NCBI RefSeq assembly: GCF_964355755.1
Contig: NC_092670.1
Span: 39,048,388 to 39,112,387 of the forward strand
Direction: 5' to 3'
Source of the DNA: Antedon mediterranea
Taxonomy: Eukaryota; Animalia; Echinodermata
Length of the DNA: 64,000 bases
Part shown: positions 49,901 through 62,979 of the stretch, piece by piece
Layout of the letters: each line of letters opens with the position of its first letter
Numbering within the stretch: the stretch's first letter is position 1
Made by a program: the position numbers and the translations under genes
Notes under the pieces: generated by a model
Seen by the model: the letters and a program-made list of their open reading frames with translations, nothing else
The model's database searches: none
Told to the model about the DNA's origin: nothing

Positions 49901-52900
49901 TTTTTTTCTCTACGAAATTGATTAAGTTTATTAAAACTATAAAATGGCCTATTCAAAGTCTAATTTAATTATTTTTCATTTGGGGGACCGGGACAATACA
50001 TCTTTAAGGATTAGTTTTTTTGTGGATATTATAGGCCTAGGCTTGAAAGTTTGTAAATTATAAGCACAAAAAAGCAGACTAAGTTTTAAACAAATAAATA
50101 ACTATAACATTTGGTGCAATAAGATCTCACAATTGTCTATAGTTTTTTAATAGTATTTTTATATGGTTTTTGTTATTGCTTACTAATTGTATTGATTTTC
50201 CTTGTGTGTGCTGCCCATAATGCTTTAATGTTTTATATGTTTAGTAATGTACAATACAATGCTTTCGGGTACTGGTACTGGTTCAGGTAACCATCTTCCT
50301 AGCCACTTAGTAGTCATTGACATTAATTTGGCATATTGATAAAATCCTAGAAATAATCAAAACAATTTCTTTTATAGATACACCGGTATGGACTAATTGT
50401 CCAGCAGACATAAACATTAATACTGATGATGGAATGTCCACGGGCACAGCCAATTGGACGGAGCCTACGGTTACCGATGAAACACCAACCGACCAACTTG
50501 TCATAGTTATACTGTACGATTCAATGCCGTCATCTGTAATGATATCTAGTTTTGATATAGGAACAACCAATGTAAGGTATCACGCAACTGATGACGAGAA
50601 TCCACCACTGACCGGAGTTTGTGAATTCACCATTACGGTAACAGGTATGAGACAAACAACACCGGGTGTTTGGTTGTAATATTGCTCGGCGACCAAATCG
50701 ATAAACGACGAGTTCGGGTGTATTTTATTTTAAATTTAAATGACATGAAAATAACCAATATTTTATAACACCTAAATGAATTCCTTTCAATTGTGGCGTG
50801 CAATAATACGCACTATTGAACGGGCGTTCAATACAGTAGTACTTTTTCTTTTTTTTAAACCAATATTAAAGTTGACGTGCGACGTAAACAAGGCCATATA
50901 CATGGTTGCAGTCGCGTGCGCAAATTGAGTTAGTGTCGACCGACCGACCAACCAACCGACCAACAGAGTGAGCTATATTTCATTTCATTTCATTATTTAT
51001 TTGGTCTATTTGAGTATATACATAACAAAAAAAACCCGAAAAACGCAACCGTATCAATGTTAATGCGAGTCAAAGCTTATGTATTTTAGTGCATATTATT
51101 TTAAAATCGTCTTTATATTTTCTATGTAATATTTTCTGATGACATATATTGGGATTGCAAAATGCCAGTGTATAATAGAAGCATTGAGAAGCATTCACAA
51201 AAATACGTAAATCGTTATCCAGTTCAGTGGTTAATGACGACAATGTGGAATTCTTCTCGTCGTACCGTAACTTATTTATCTATGGGTGTGCCAATTGTTA
51301 CTGTACACAGTTCACTGAACCGGGTAATACTTATTCAATGGTACTTCCAACCCACAGAAACTGTGTATATCAAAACAATTGAATTAGACATGTATTTAAA
51401 AAGAGTAGCGAGTATTAAAATGAAGGTTTACTATTATTGGGCATAACAAGTTAACTCCCAAAATGCTATCACTGACGTCAAAAGAGGAAGTGGCTCTACA
51501 CATGGAATATTATTACTCCATGCTTTACCTCAATCCATTTTATTATATCAATGTTATTTATTCATGTATACCACCAGTCGATTCACAGAACATTAGCCAT
51601 GAGACAGAATTAATTAAACAATTGATAGACATTCTTATCTTCTTCCATTGTTCAATTATCATTAATTGGATAGATGGCTGATCTTTGATGATGATAGTAA
51701 TGATGATAATATTCATGATGATAATATTATAGATGATGATAATATAGATGATGATGATGATGTATGACGATGATGATGTATGATGTATGATGATGGTGAT
51801 GTATGATGATGATAACGATAAAGAATATGATGATAATGATGATGATGTATGATGATGATGATGTATGATGATGATGATGATGATGATGATGGTGATAATG
51901 ACAATGATGTATGATAACGATAACGATGATGATGATGTATGATGATGGCGATGACGATGGTGGCGATGACGATGTATGATGATGATGATGTGTGATGATA
52001 ATGATGTATGATGATAAGTGATGACGACGACGATGATGATGAAGATGAAGATAATGATGATGATAATGATGATGGTGCTGATAATAATGATGATGATGAC
52101 GACGACGAAGAACACAATGATGTTCATAAATGTGGTGGTTTACTACAAAGGAAAACAAATGTATTGACAATTTATTTTATTCTAGACAATGAAGCACCTG
52201 TAATTATGAATTGTCCCATGACTGAAATAATGGAACTAACAGCCGAGGGTGAAAATGACATGGTAGTGACATGGACAGCGACATCTGCTACAGACAACTC
52301 TGGTACGATACCATCTGAGACGGCAACTCACGAACCAGGAGATATGTTTGAAATTGGAACTACTGAAGTTGTTATAACTTACACCGACAGTGCTTCAAAT
52401 GTCGCTGAGTGTGCTTTTAATGTCACCGTTCAAGGTAAACAAACGCCCAGCCTGGCATATTAAAGCTTGCTTCCCATTAGGACGCAACGCAAGGACATGA
52501 GCCGCAACCCATGCGAATTTACCAATCAAAGCGATGGATTATTCGAACTGTCGTTTGTGATTGGTCAATTCGCTTGCGTTGCGCTTACGGAGCTTTCGCT
52601 TTGCGGATGCACGCTTCACTGAGTTTGGTTTGGCAATATCATGGCGTCAGACCTAATTTTGTCGAGTTCAGTCAGTGAACGACGATGAATTTGGAAAAAA
52701 TGGCTTAATGCATAATTTATAAAAGTAAAAAGCAAATCAAAAGTTACATAACAACATAATATATAAAATACAATATTATAAATCCTTACAGTGTGATTAA
52801 ATTAATGAACTGTTTAATATAAATTCCTTTCCTAACAGCAACTCAAGAGAGAAATTTCTCTAAGACCATCGGATAGTTAGTCCCCAAACGATTAAAGTTA

Positions 52901-55900
52901 CAATTGGAGTCTTTCCAATTGTTGATGCCAAACAAATAAATAAATAAAATTTTTTTTTTAAATACGGACAAAATAAAAAGAAAAAAATTATCCCAAGATC
53001 CAAACATTTTTCAGCAATGCAATTCGAAAACAAAATATAATAAATCAGTGCCGTTTACGAAATTATTAAAAATAAGTTTCAGGTCAAAATAACATTAAAA
53101 AAGTCAATTTATTATGTGAATACAAGATTGATACAGTCTTATTTTAAAATATACAGATGAAGAAAGTCCACAAACATCTAACTGTCCAGAAAGCATGACT
53201 GAAATAATTAGCGATGCTGAATCAACGGCTACAAGTATTTGGAGTGAACCAATTTTTACTGACAACGACGATGTTGTTAATGTTGATAGTACGCACAGTT
53301 CAGGCCAAACGTTTAATATTGGTAGCACAGAGGTATTGTATACAGCGACTGATCCGTCTGGAAATAACGGAACATGCTCATTCAATATTACCGTTTTACA
53401 AGGTATGACTAAAGCTCTGTCTACACTATCAAACTAGTTTGACAAAAAAAGTGTGATGTGCCCAAATATGGTAGCGATATGACATCATCATGTCCATATA
53501 TGGGTACATCACATTTTAGTTGTCACATAAAGTTTGATAAATAAAGTATAGACAGAGCTTTAGTTCACATTTAATAGATACACATTTTGCCTTTTATTGA
53601 TAGATATTAAACACTTTCTTTCCACTCTTTCCATTCTCGATTCGCACGAATATTGGGCCGCCTAGTGAATACAACTGGCTTTAATGTTTCATATTTTTAT
53701 AAAGGTTAAGAATTTAAATTCAATTCAATTTAACTTTTTTTTAACCAAGATCAACTCATGGTTTGACAACAATGTTTTAACAATATACGTAGCCTACAGT
53801 ATAATTAAACAAAAACAATAAACACTTTTTATTATGTTTAACTACCTGAATATTGAGTTTTAAATAATAATAATTATAGATTTCTATTGTTATGTATGTT
53901 AATTGTAATATTTTTAAACTCTATTTTTTTTGTCTTCTTTATTTTTTGTTAGTAGTTTTTTTTATTTGTTATTCTTTTTTTGTGAGAACAATGATTGTAA
54001 TAACTATTGTAATGTTCAACAACAGTGTGATTATGCTTGTTCCTGACATAACTAAGCTATGTTATGCAGTAAATCACTATTATTACTGCATACCCAAACA
54101 AATCAGAAACAATATCGAATAGTTTAATTGATAAGAGTAAGAGATAAATTAAAAAAAAAATGAAAGCACTCAGAAACTGAGTGAAGTAATTGGTAAAATA
54201 TTGTCACAGAGGGCGCATGTTGATTTTTCGGCCCAAGTATACACATTTTTCTCTTTTTTTATTTGTATTTGTGAAGTTATTAATGAACCGATAATCTTGA
54301 ATTTTTTCGGTATGTTTTATACCTACTTACACCTAAATATTCAGAATGATTACTTGAACATTGTAGGCGCATCGTGCCAACAAACAAACAAAGCAAATAC
54401 TACGGTAATACTTGACAAAAATCTATTTTAATAATAGTAATAAAATAGCAAAATGTAGGCCTACAGGTGTGAAATGAAAAGTAATTGTTTTTTTTTCTTT
54501 TAACAGACATTGAACCCCCGGAATTCACTTTCTGCCCAAACGATACGGTTGTGTCTACACTTCCTGGGGCAAACTATTCAATTGTAAACTGGACATTACC
54601 AGAGGTTACTGATGACGTACAGCTAATCTCCCTCGCCCAGGCAGTTACAGATTATTCAACGACTGGAGAGAGATTCTATATTGGAACAACTCAGTTACGT
54701 TTTATAGCTGTAGACGTCGTGGCAAGGACTTCACAGTGTATATTTAATATCATTGTAAACGGTTAGTATACGTTATTATTATTTATTTTATATTAGTTAT
54801 AAGTCTTACAGAAGAAACTTACAAACCAAATGAAATCTGGCATAACTATTCAAATTATGTTCTTTATGTAATATTCAATAGTTACTCTTCATTCAAGACT
54901 CATTGTATTCTTTTTTTAAAGATATATTGCCCCCCTAAAAAAATATTTTTTTTTATTTTGTTGTTGAATATGTTATTTTAATGTCACATAATAGTTATTC
55001 ACTCTCACAAAAAATTGGGTCTGAAAAAAAAAATATTTACCTGAGAAAAATGTAATTTAAAGCAAAAAATGGTCAAATTGTCTGGAAGACAATGAGTTTT
55101 TGGGTAATTTAACTGTTTATTTTGTCTTTTTATAGGTGAAATAATTTTTTTCCCCCGTTTTTTTTCTTATGGAAGTGAACAACTTCATTAAAACTGCAAA
55201 ATGGCCTATTCAAAGTCCGATTTAAAAAATCTTTATTTTTCATGATTTTGGGGGACAATACATCTTTAAATAATCGTACTCAATAGGCTAATTTTTAACT
55301 ATTTACTTTTTTTTCAAATTTGCTTTATATAGAGTATTTATTGTATCTGTTTTCTGTTTCATACCTTTAAGTGGCAACTTTCGTTGCTGTTGGTTATGAT
55401 GAAATAAAATTTACTAATTCAATTTCGCTCTATTTATGACTTCTAAGTAATAATTTAGGAGATGGGTGGATGTGCTATTTCGATCGCGCCCTTGAAGCAT
55501 CCAATATCTAAAATCTAACCCCTTCCCCCTTTTTTCAAGATGTATATATTGACATTTGTGCATATTGTTCTTTTTTTTAAATCTAATATCAAAAACAACA
55601 TATAGGCCTACCATTTTTTAAATGAAATAATTATATTATTAATAGACGATGAAGATCCTACAATAACTTGTTCAACAAACTTTACAATCTACGTTGAATC
55701 TGGAGAGCAGTACGCAATCGTTGAGTACAATGTAAGCGCAACTGATAATGACAGATTCCCTAACATTACGACCTCTGACCCAGCGTCGGGAAGTCAATTA
55801 GGCATTGGAGTTACCAGTTTTACTATCACAGCAACAGATCAGTCGGACAATTCAGCACAATGCAGTTTTTATGTCACAGTTTTAGGTTTGTATATTTCGT

Positions 55901-58900
55901 AATCACTAACTAGAACAACAACATGAATGGCAAACATAAAAAAGGAAACAGAACTTTTCACATGCGGACCTATACAAATGCTTGCTCAAAAACGTACTGA
56001 GTGGCGAACACAAGTGAGACGCGCAATGTCTAACGACGATTAGCGTTTAAGATGATGAATTATAATTGTATTAAACTCCTGATGTTTAACCATGTAATGA
56101 TTTTGAAATCTGTTTTATATATGTTTATTAACCAGTTAGTGCTCATAGCCGTTACACCACTGGATAAAGAGGTTAAAAGACATACGGAATTACGAAAAAA
56201 AGATTATATTAATTGAATAACAATGGTGTGAAGATTAGATTTACAACCACTAAAGAAAACTTACTGATTAATTGTATTAATCTTGTTAAATGAATGAACA
56301 ACAGTGTTGATTCAAGGCAAAAGAGAGAACAAATCTTGATACTATTATTACGTAATAATACTTGTGTTACATAAAATTACTGCTGAAGCTTTGTCGAGAA
56401 ACAGTGAATATCTATTACACTCTACATACAATTGCCATATTATTTTTAACCCTAAGGCCTATTTGTAGTAGGATAAGCGATAAATCAAATTGTAATATCT
56501 TGTATTTTCAGATAACGAAGCTCCAAACATTACGTTCTGCCCAGGAAATATTACAATAAATACTGAACCTGGTGAAAGTTTTGGAATTGCAACTTGGCAA
56601 CAACCAACAGCAATTGATAATTCTGGGGAAGCAGTTGCAGTGACTACGGAAACTCACTCGAATGGAAGCTCATTTAGTCTTATGGGCTCTCCACATACTG
56701 TTAGTTTAACTTTAGCCGACAGCAGTTCAAATACAGCCATCTGTAGTTTTGCAGTTACAGTTATAGGTATTTATTTATTTAACACCTTTATGAATAAACA
56801 GGTCTATACAAGCAAAAATGGCATAACTCTTCGATTATAGAAATCCAAACAATTACAAAACATTATATAATTAATTTGAAAAAGGTGAAAATCAATAATC
56901 AGTAAAATAACAATTGAATACTTTTATTTTATCGATTTTAGATGAAGAAGCACCAGAGACGAATTGTACGAATGATTATACCGTCAATACTACTTTGGGT
57001 TTAGCTATATCCCAATCAGTACCCTATCCATTCATTATATTTGAAGATAACTCAGGTTTAAATGTTGATACAACACTGAGCATGTATCCACCTTATGACT
57101 TGCCCATTGGACAAACGGTTATAGAGGTGAATGGAACTGACGCATATGGAAACGTTGCTACCTGTCAATATACGATAACTGTTGAAGGTTAGTTGTTGTA
57201 ATATAACATAATACATAAACAGCAAAACAACTTTTCTCACTTCTATGAATATATTTTTCATCTCATACGCATCAAACGGAGAGCTCAAACTCGCCAATTA
57301 CAATATGATTATACTTTACAATGTATCGTGCTTATAAGTCTCATTTGAGCTTAGGGAGCTAGAGTCGTGAGTTACAACCCTGGTACTAGATCAGGATTGA
57401 ACCCCGGACCTTGAGATTGGAAGGCGAGCACGTTAACCGACAAGCTACAACTCCACTAATCGCCTTTTCATGCCCTATAGACGAATTAAATTCATTTATT
57501 CGTGAGAAATGTGTGCCCTACTCAATAAATTAAGCACAAACATTTTAAAATGACAACATTATTCTGTTCCATAACTATGTGAACTCTGAAGTATTATTTA
57601 GTCAAAATATTATTATTATAGATAACGAAAACCCAGAAATTATCTGTCCTGAAAACCAAACTGTTGTAGCCGATATGGGTTCAATGGGAACACAAGTTAG
57701 CTGGTCCACACCAAACGCTACAGATAATAGTGGTCAAGTGAGTGTTACTTTAGTAGACCTGATGGCGTCTGGATCTACGTTTCTAATCGGTGACCCCGTG
57801 ACACTGACATATACAGCACAGGATGACTCTGGTAACGAAGCAAGTTGTACATTTGTCATTCAGGTTTTGGGTAAGAAAACAGTATTTGTATTTTGACGAC
57901 TTATAATTGCTTAATTAAACAAAAGGAGTGACTTTGTAAGGGGAATAATTATCGAAAGGGCATTTTCTTACGTTGCGTAGGTTGCGTTACGTTGCGTTCT
58001 AGTGGGAACCAAGCTATACTAATAAGTATTTATATTGTTTTAGATATGGAATCTCCGATGATAGCAAACTGCCCAATTGACATTGTAAACAACACAGACC
58101 CATCAATAAATTCGACAACAATCACGTGGGATGAACCAACATTTAGCGATAATAGTGGCAGAACATCAAATTCCAGCTCGCACAGTAGTGGCGACACATT
58201 TTACATCGGTGTTACAACAGTGTATTATATGATTGAAGACGAATCGGGAAATATGGCCACTTGTAACTTTACCATTACAATTCTTGGTAAGTTTTTTCAT
58301 GATTTACTTTCAAAGGTCATATTTGTCACATACTTTGTATAATTTTAATGTTACGAATTAAATGACGTTTACTATTATAACTTTAAAATGATCGAAATTT
58401 CTGAGCTATCATAGGAACATTACCAAGAGCAGATGAATAAATTATAACAAATACAAAATAAGAAGCACCAAGGAAATACTTAATACCATTTGGTGCTTCT
58501 TAATTTGTAAAGTTTACACTTTACTTATTTGTTCTTGAGAATGGTTCCAAAACCGTCGATCTTTTGTGTCAAAACATTTTAACTTACATCTCATTTTCTC
58601 ACTTTAAATCTTCAAATTTTGAAGCTTTTATCCTCTGTCACATTTCTTTCAAAGATACGGAGTCTCCAACGTTTACCTGTCAACAAGATACAGCATCTGA
58701 AACACTACCTGGCGTGAACTACGCTAGTACTATTTGGCAACTACCGACATATGAAGATAACTCATTTGATGAGGTCACCGTGACATCATCTCACCCTAAT
58801 CAACCAGTAGATTTAGAAATTGGTGATCATGTGATAATGTATAATTTTACCGACACATCTGGCAATCAGGCTTCTTGCTCTTTCACAATTACTATAAATG

Positions 58901-60369
58901 GTAAATTTAAAGATTTGCATTGTTTAAAAGTAAACTAAGTACACTATCGCGATCCACCCGATTTAGAAACTTGAAAGTTTGAATTATGTAGGCTACAATT
59001 TAAAATAACTGAAACATTTTCTGTTAGTTTAGCCTTATTTGTTTTTCTCCTGTAAATGAAAACGCAATAATATTACAGTACTTAGGCATATTATACATAA
59101 CACATTATTTTGATAGCATGACAAGATCTATCTATGATACGTGCATTTCTGTCTGCTAAATGCAGTATATTAACAGAATACAGTCAACAATCCTATTATA
59201 CACGAGTGTTTTCGTTGAAAAATCAGCTACGAGCATCCATTTCAGATATATTATTTGGTTCTGTAAAAATTAAAAAAAAAAAAACAAAAACAAAAAAACC
59301 AAAAAGGATTTTTATTATTGGAATATATGATGAACAGACATTTTGTTTTGCTGCCGCCAGCCTTCATGTTACTGAACATTTTCATTCCACACATTCAGAT
59401 AACGAAGCCCCACAAGTAACGGTTTGTCCCGGAAACATCACAGACTTTACCTTGCCAGACTTGGCTTACAACACTAGTTCCTGGACACCGCCTAACGCAA
59501 CAGATAATAGTGGATACGTTGAAACGTCGAGCACACATGAACCCGGCGATGAATTTTATATAGGAACTACAGAAGTGATGTATAACTTCACAGATGGCTC
59601 TCAAAACGTTGCAACTTGTGTATTTACTGTAACAATAACAGGTACCTAATTTAAGGTCACAAATTACATTTTACGTAAAAATAAATACTATATGGTCCTA
59701 TTGCTATAACCTTTTTCGTCTTTAAACAGTTGGTGATGGTTGAAGTTAATAACATATACTGTAACTATTGTACGATTGATTAATTAAAGAAACTAGACCT
59801 AGGTTTTTTCGACCTAATTTAAGGTCACAACATATTTCATTTTATGTAAAAATAAATACTTATGGTTCTGCGATAACCTTTGTCGTCTTTAAACTGTTAA
59901 AAACGTGAAAAATAAGTCGATTCTAATTAGTTATTCTAAGTAGTTATTGACTTTAAAACCAGATTTGTAGGGCCACAATGATTATGACTGAGTTATCGTA
60001 AGTTTTTGCCGCTTTTTACAATTGTAATCATGTGGTCATTTATTGTTTTATCTAAAACAAACTTGATAAACAACAAAGCAGAAAGTTAGGCCGTAACCGT
60101 TTATCAAATTGCTTTTCCTATTTTAGATGACCAGCCGCCGTCGCTAAACTGTTCATCTAACTTCAATATTACTACAGAACTTGATCAGCCTTATGGAGTT
60201 GTTGTATATAACATAAGTGCTGACGATAATGATGGTTTAATGCCATTAATTAACACATCAGATCCTGTATCTGGCTCTCAATTACAAATTGGTTTGCATG
60301 AATTTTCGATCGAAGCAATCGATAGTTCAGGAAATACCGCTCAATGCAGCTTTTATGTTGAAGTTATAG
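46856..60369 (+). CDS. Gene B: paralogous hyalin-like HYR-repeat protein; signal peptide + 12 HYR exons, ~1,015 aa in window, 3'-incomplete
   Basis: Same one-domain-per-exon phase 1-1 architecture. First four domains are colinear homologues of gene A HYR1-4. Confidence 0.9.
47617..47970 (+). mobile_element. tRNA-derived SINE with Deu/Nin-like central domain, full length
   Basis: A box tggccgagtggttaagg, B box gggttcgagg, core ggataaggactataaaccgtaggtcc..ttaaagaaccc..attcgaaaagagtagggg..cccggtg, A-rich tail. Confidence 0.8.
48788..48930. mobile_element. MITE family A copy
   Basis: TIRs and core. Confidence 0.72.
49678..50003. mobile_element. MITE family D copy
   Basis: Homologous interior, TTAA flanks. 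Abuts a family A fragment at ~49600-49674. Confidence 0.72.
50378..50644 (+). CDS. Gene B HYR1 exon
   Basis: 267 nt, DTPVWTNCP...VCEFTITVT. Confidence 0.9.
51680..52125. repeat. Degenerate (GAT)n microsatellite, intronic
   Basis: Direct inspection; explains the poly-I/S/H/D ORFs. Confidence 0.95.
52186..52434 (+). CDS. Gene B HYR2 exon
   Basis: 249 nt, DNEAPVIMNCP... Confidence 0.9.
53157..53402 (+). CDS. Gene B HYR3 exon
   Basis: 246 nt, DEESPQTSNCP... Confidence 0.9.
53413..53559. mobile_element. MITE family A copy
   Basis: TIRs and core, ~8 nt after the HYR3 donor GT. Confidence 0.78.
54507..54761 (+). CDS. Gene B HYR4 exon
   Basis: 255 nt, DIEPPEFTFCP... Confidence 0.9.
54920..55265. 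mobile_element. MITE family D copy
   Basis: TIRs, TSD TTAA/TTAA. Confidence 0.78.
55646..55885 (+). CDS. Gene B HYR5 exon (absent from ORF track)
   Basis: 240 nt, DDEDPTITC...AQCSFYVTVL. Confidence 0.88.
56512..56766 (+). CDS. Gene B HYR6 exon
   Basis: 255 nt, DNEAPNITFCP... Confidence 0.9.
56942..57187 (+). CDS. Gene B HYR7 exon
   Basis: 246 nt, DEEAPETNC... Confidence 0.9.
57622..57870 (+). CDS. Gene B HYR8 exon
   Basis: 249 nt, DNENPEIICP... Confidence 0.9.
58044..58286 (+). CDS. Gene B HYR9 exon
   Basis: 243 nt, DMESPMIANCP... Confidence 0.9.
58655..58900 (+). CDS. Gene B HYR10 exon
   Basis: 246 nt, DTESPTFTC... Confidence 0.9.
59399..59641 (+). CDS. Gene B HYR11 exon
   Basis: 243 nt, DNEAPQVTVCP... 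Confidence 0.9.
60127..60369 (+). CDS. Gene B HYR12 exon (absent from ORF track)
   Basis: 243 nt, DDQPPSLNC...AQCSFYVEVI. Confidence 0.88.
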
Positions 60370-62447
60370 GTTAGTATCTTAATATATATCTTTTTCTTAT
60401 TGTGATAATCAAACGTAATTAAAAAAATCCTGAGATATAATTATATTAGCTGCCTGTATCTCTATGGACTTTTCACTCGCCATGATAACTTTGTATTCAT
60501 ACTTATATAATTTGTACTCTTTGCTTTCTTTATGTCCTTTTTTTCTCGTTATGTTATCAAAATAAATGTTCATGTATACAATGTTATATGAATACCGTAT
60601 ACACTAAACAATGTTCTATGCATGTTAGCTTTTACTGGTATTTTCTATAGCAAATTGTTATTATTAGTTGATTCAGTGATTTAGATTGAGAGTTTTGAGG
60701 TAGTGAGCAATATTTAAGAGCCATTGTCTGTAAAAATCAAAGATTTGGTGGCAGATGTAAAAAAATGGATTTCTCTCAAATTTTTACCATGAATAGACAT
60801 TTCAATAAAAAGCATGTCTACAACATTCATTTTAATTTTTAGCCTCCGTTGCCATGACAACGGTCAATTATCCAAATTTTGATGTTTTTGCCATTTTTCA
60901 CAGATTTTCTATAGTGAAAAAGTACAAACTTGTATACTTATTTTAACCAAAAATACTTACATTATACAGTTTTTGTTTATAGCAGTGTAAACAACATGTA
61001 TTGAGTTCCATTTAATGTAGAAAAAAAATAAATTACAAAATGGAGTTTGGTTGATACCATTATTTTAAAAAGGGGTGTTTTTAAAAAATATTTTTTTTTA
61101 TAAAAGTATACCTCATAAACGTACCTATAACTTCCAAAGTGGTGTTTTTAAATCAATGAGGTTTTTTAATTTGATAGTCAATAGGTTTTTCAACAATAAT
61201 CACGAAAAAAATACTGGGGTAAATTTCGTACATAGGTTTTGTGTTGCCAGGAAAATACGAAAAATGCAAAAAATATAACAAAATATCAACAAACAAAACA
61301 CATGAAACACAATTTAAATATGGCTAATCCAATAATAAAATGTATATATGGCTTGTCATATTGCTACTAGAGTCATACGAATAGTTTAGATAAAATAGGA
61401 GAATGTGTTGCCAGGTTTATTTCAATTAATTGCCAGAAAAACAGTATTTTGCATTGAAATATTTAGTTGATGGAAAATAATGTTAAACTTGGAAATAATT
61501 GAGTCAATGGTTTTTATAAATTTTTAAATCTATTTTGTGTAAAGAGATACAGAAAGACCTCCCAAAAAATCTGACCTTGTAAATAGGTCATTTGAGGTCA
61601 AAAGGGGTCAGATTGCAAAACAGGACAGGTCCCCACTTTACTACAACTATTAATGTTTGATCAAAATTTACAAGATAGTTCATAACAATTCTCAACAATT
61701 TTCATATTTTACCTATAGTGTTACCTTAGCAACCATTTCTATGTGTAACTAAGGAAAGTAATTTTTAAAAAACGTAAAAAATGGCGTTTTTATAAATACA
61801 AAGAATTGATTGCATTTGTACATGTTTCTCAATTTTACTTCTACTGCATTCCATTAATGACAAACTTGACCTTGTAAATTCATTCATTTTGAGGTCAACA
61901 TTTTACCATAGTAACTGTTTCTATGCGAAAATTTTAAAAAAATAAGGGGTTTTTCATAAATAAAAAACATTTTTTCTACATAGTTTTACATTTCTACTTT
62001 TTGCCAAATTTACTTTAAATACTGAATCCTAATAATCTCAGACAGAAAGTCTTGACGAATCTGAATAAAGGTAAAAAAAAAATGACCTTTAGTGTTATCT
62101 TAAACCTGTTATGATATTTTTAAAAAAAATTAAATATGGAGTTTCATGAAAAAATAAAAATTTTACATATTGAGGTCAAATGACATCAACATTTTACCTA
62201 TAGTGTATTGTAGCAACTGTTTCTATACGTAACTAAGTACAATATTTTTAATATGGGGTTTCATGACTACAAACAATTGATTACATAGCTTTACTACCTT
62301 TTCCCAAATTTACTTATCTACTGAATCCCAGAAAATGTCTGACCTTGTGAAAAAAATGTTTTGGGTCAAGTTATGTCAAAATGTATTATTTATGTTATCT
62401 TAGAACCTGTTTCTATGCGTAACTAAGGATAATTGTTTTGTTAAATA

Positions 62448-62979
62448 CAGTTGAACCTCCCGTAAGTGGCCACCCTCGGGACCTGGAAAAGTGGCCGCTT
62501 ACGGGCGGTGACCCCTTACGGGAGGTTCTGCCGATAAAGGGCCAAAATCACTTATTATGGCTATATACGATATTCTTAACGAAATGAGCCTCTCAATTTT
62601 CCAGCTAATTGTAGGCATATTATTATTTATAATCAGGTGGTTTAGTATTTTTTAGCATTTTCAGACAAATTTTAAAAACTTTTATCATATGAAAAATGGT
62701 CGGTCAAAATCTGTGTAGTTTTCTCATCTCTTCACAGTAATGTTTTTAAAACCTCTTCAAAATAAAGCTAATATATAAAGAAATACAATAAACATGCACC
62801 TCTAATTCATAGGTCCATGCAATAAGTATCACATTTTTCGATTGGCCGCTTACAAAAAATCTCATTTTTAGTATGAAAAGGTGCTCGCAGCTGCTTACGG
62901 TGAGCACCAAATGCACTAATTAGATAGGAAGAACAAACAGGCTTTTCAAAGTGCGTCCGTTAAGGGAGGTGGCCGCTGT
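62448..62979. mobile_element. Tc1/mariner-pogo-like non-autonomous element nested in a larger repeat-rich element (~60715-63300)
   Basis: TA|CAGTTGAACCTCCCGTAAGTGGCCACC start with inverted subterminal ttacgggagg/gtggccgct motifs; right end eroded. Confidence 0.5.

Noticed and set aside
33438-50003. MITE D in intron 1 of both genes as a relic of the gene duplication
   Set aside because: Both copies have the same genomic orientation (opposite relative to their genes) and are far more similar than the flanking introns, so they are independent later insertions.
51558-52185. Poly-His/Ser/Ile ORFs and the poly-Asp extension of gene B HYR2
   Set aside because: Products of the (GAT)n microsatellite. 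A normal acceptor (ttctag|AC) lies at 52185.
3465-53385. Antisense ORFs over HYR exons (e.g. 3465, 5089, 14987, 24788, 25832, 50307, 53104)
   Set aside because: Shadow frames of Thr/Asp/Val-rich codons, with no independent splice or domain evidence.
58453-58508. Hairpin aagaagcaccaa...ttggtgcttctt as a structured ncRNA
   Set aside because: A short isolated inverted repeat in an intron, with no other support; probably a MITE remnant.
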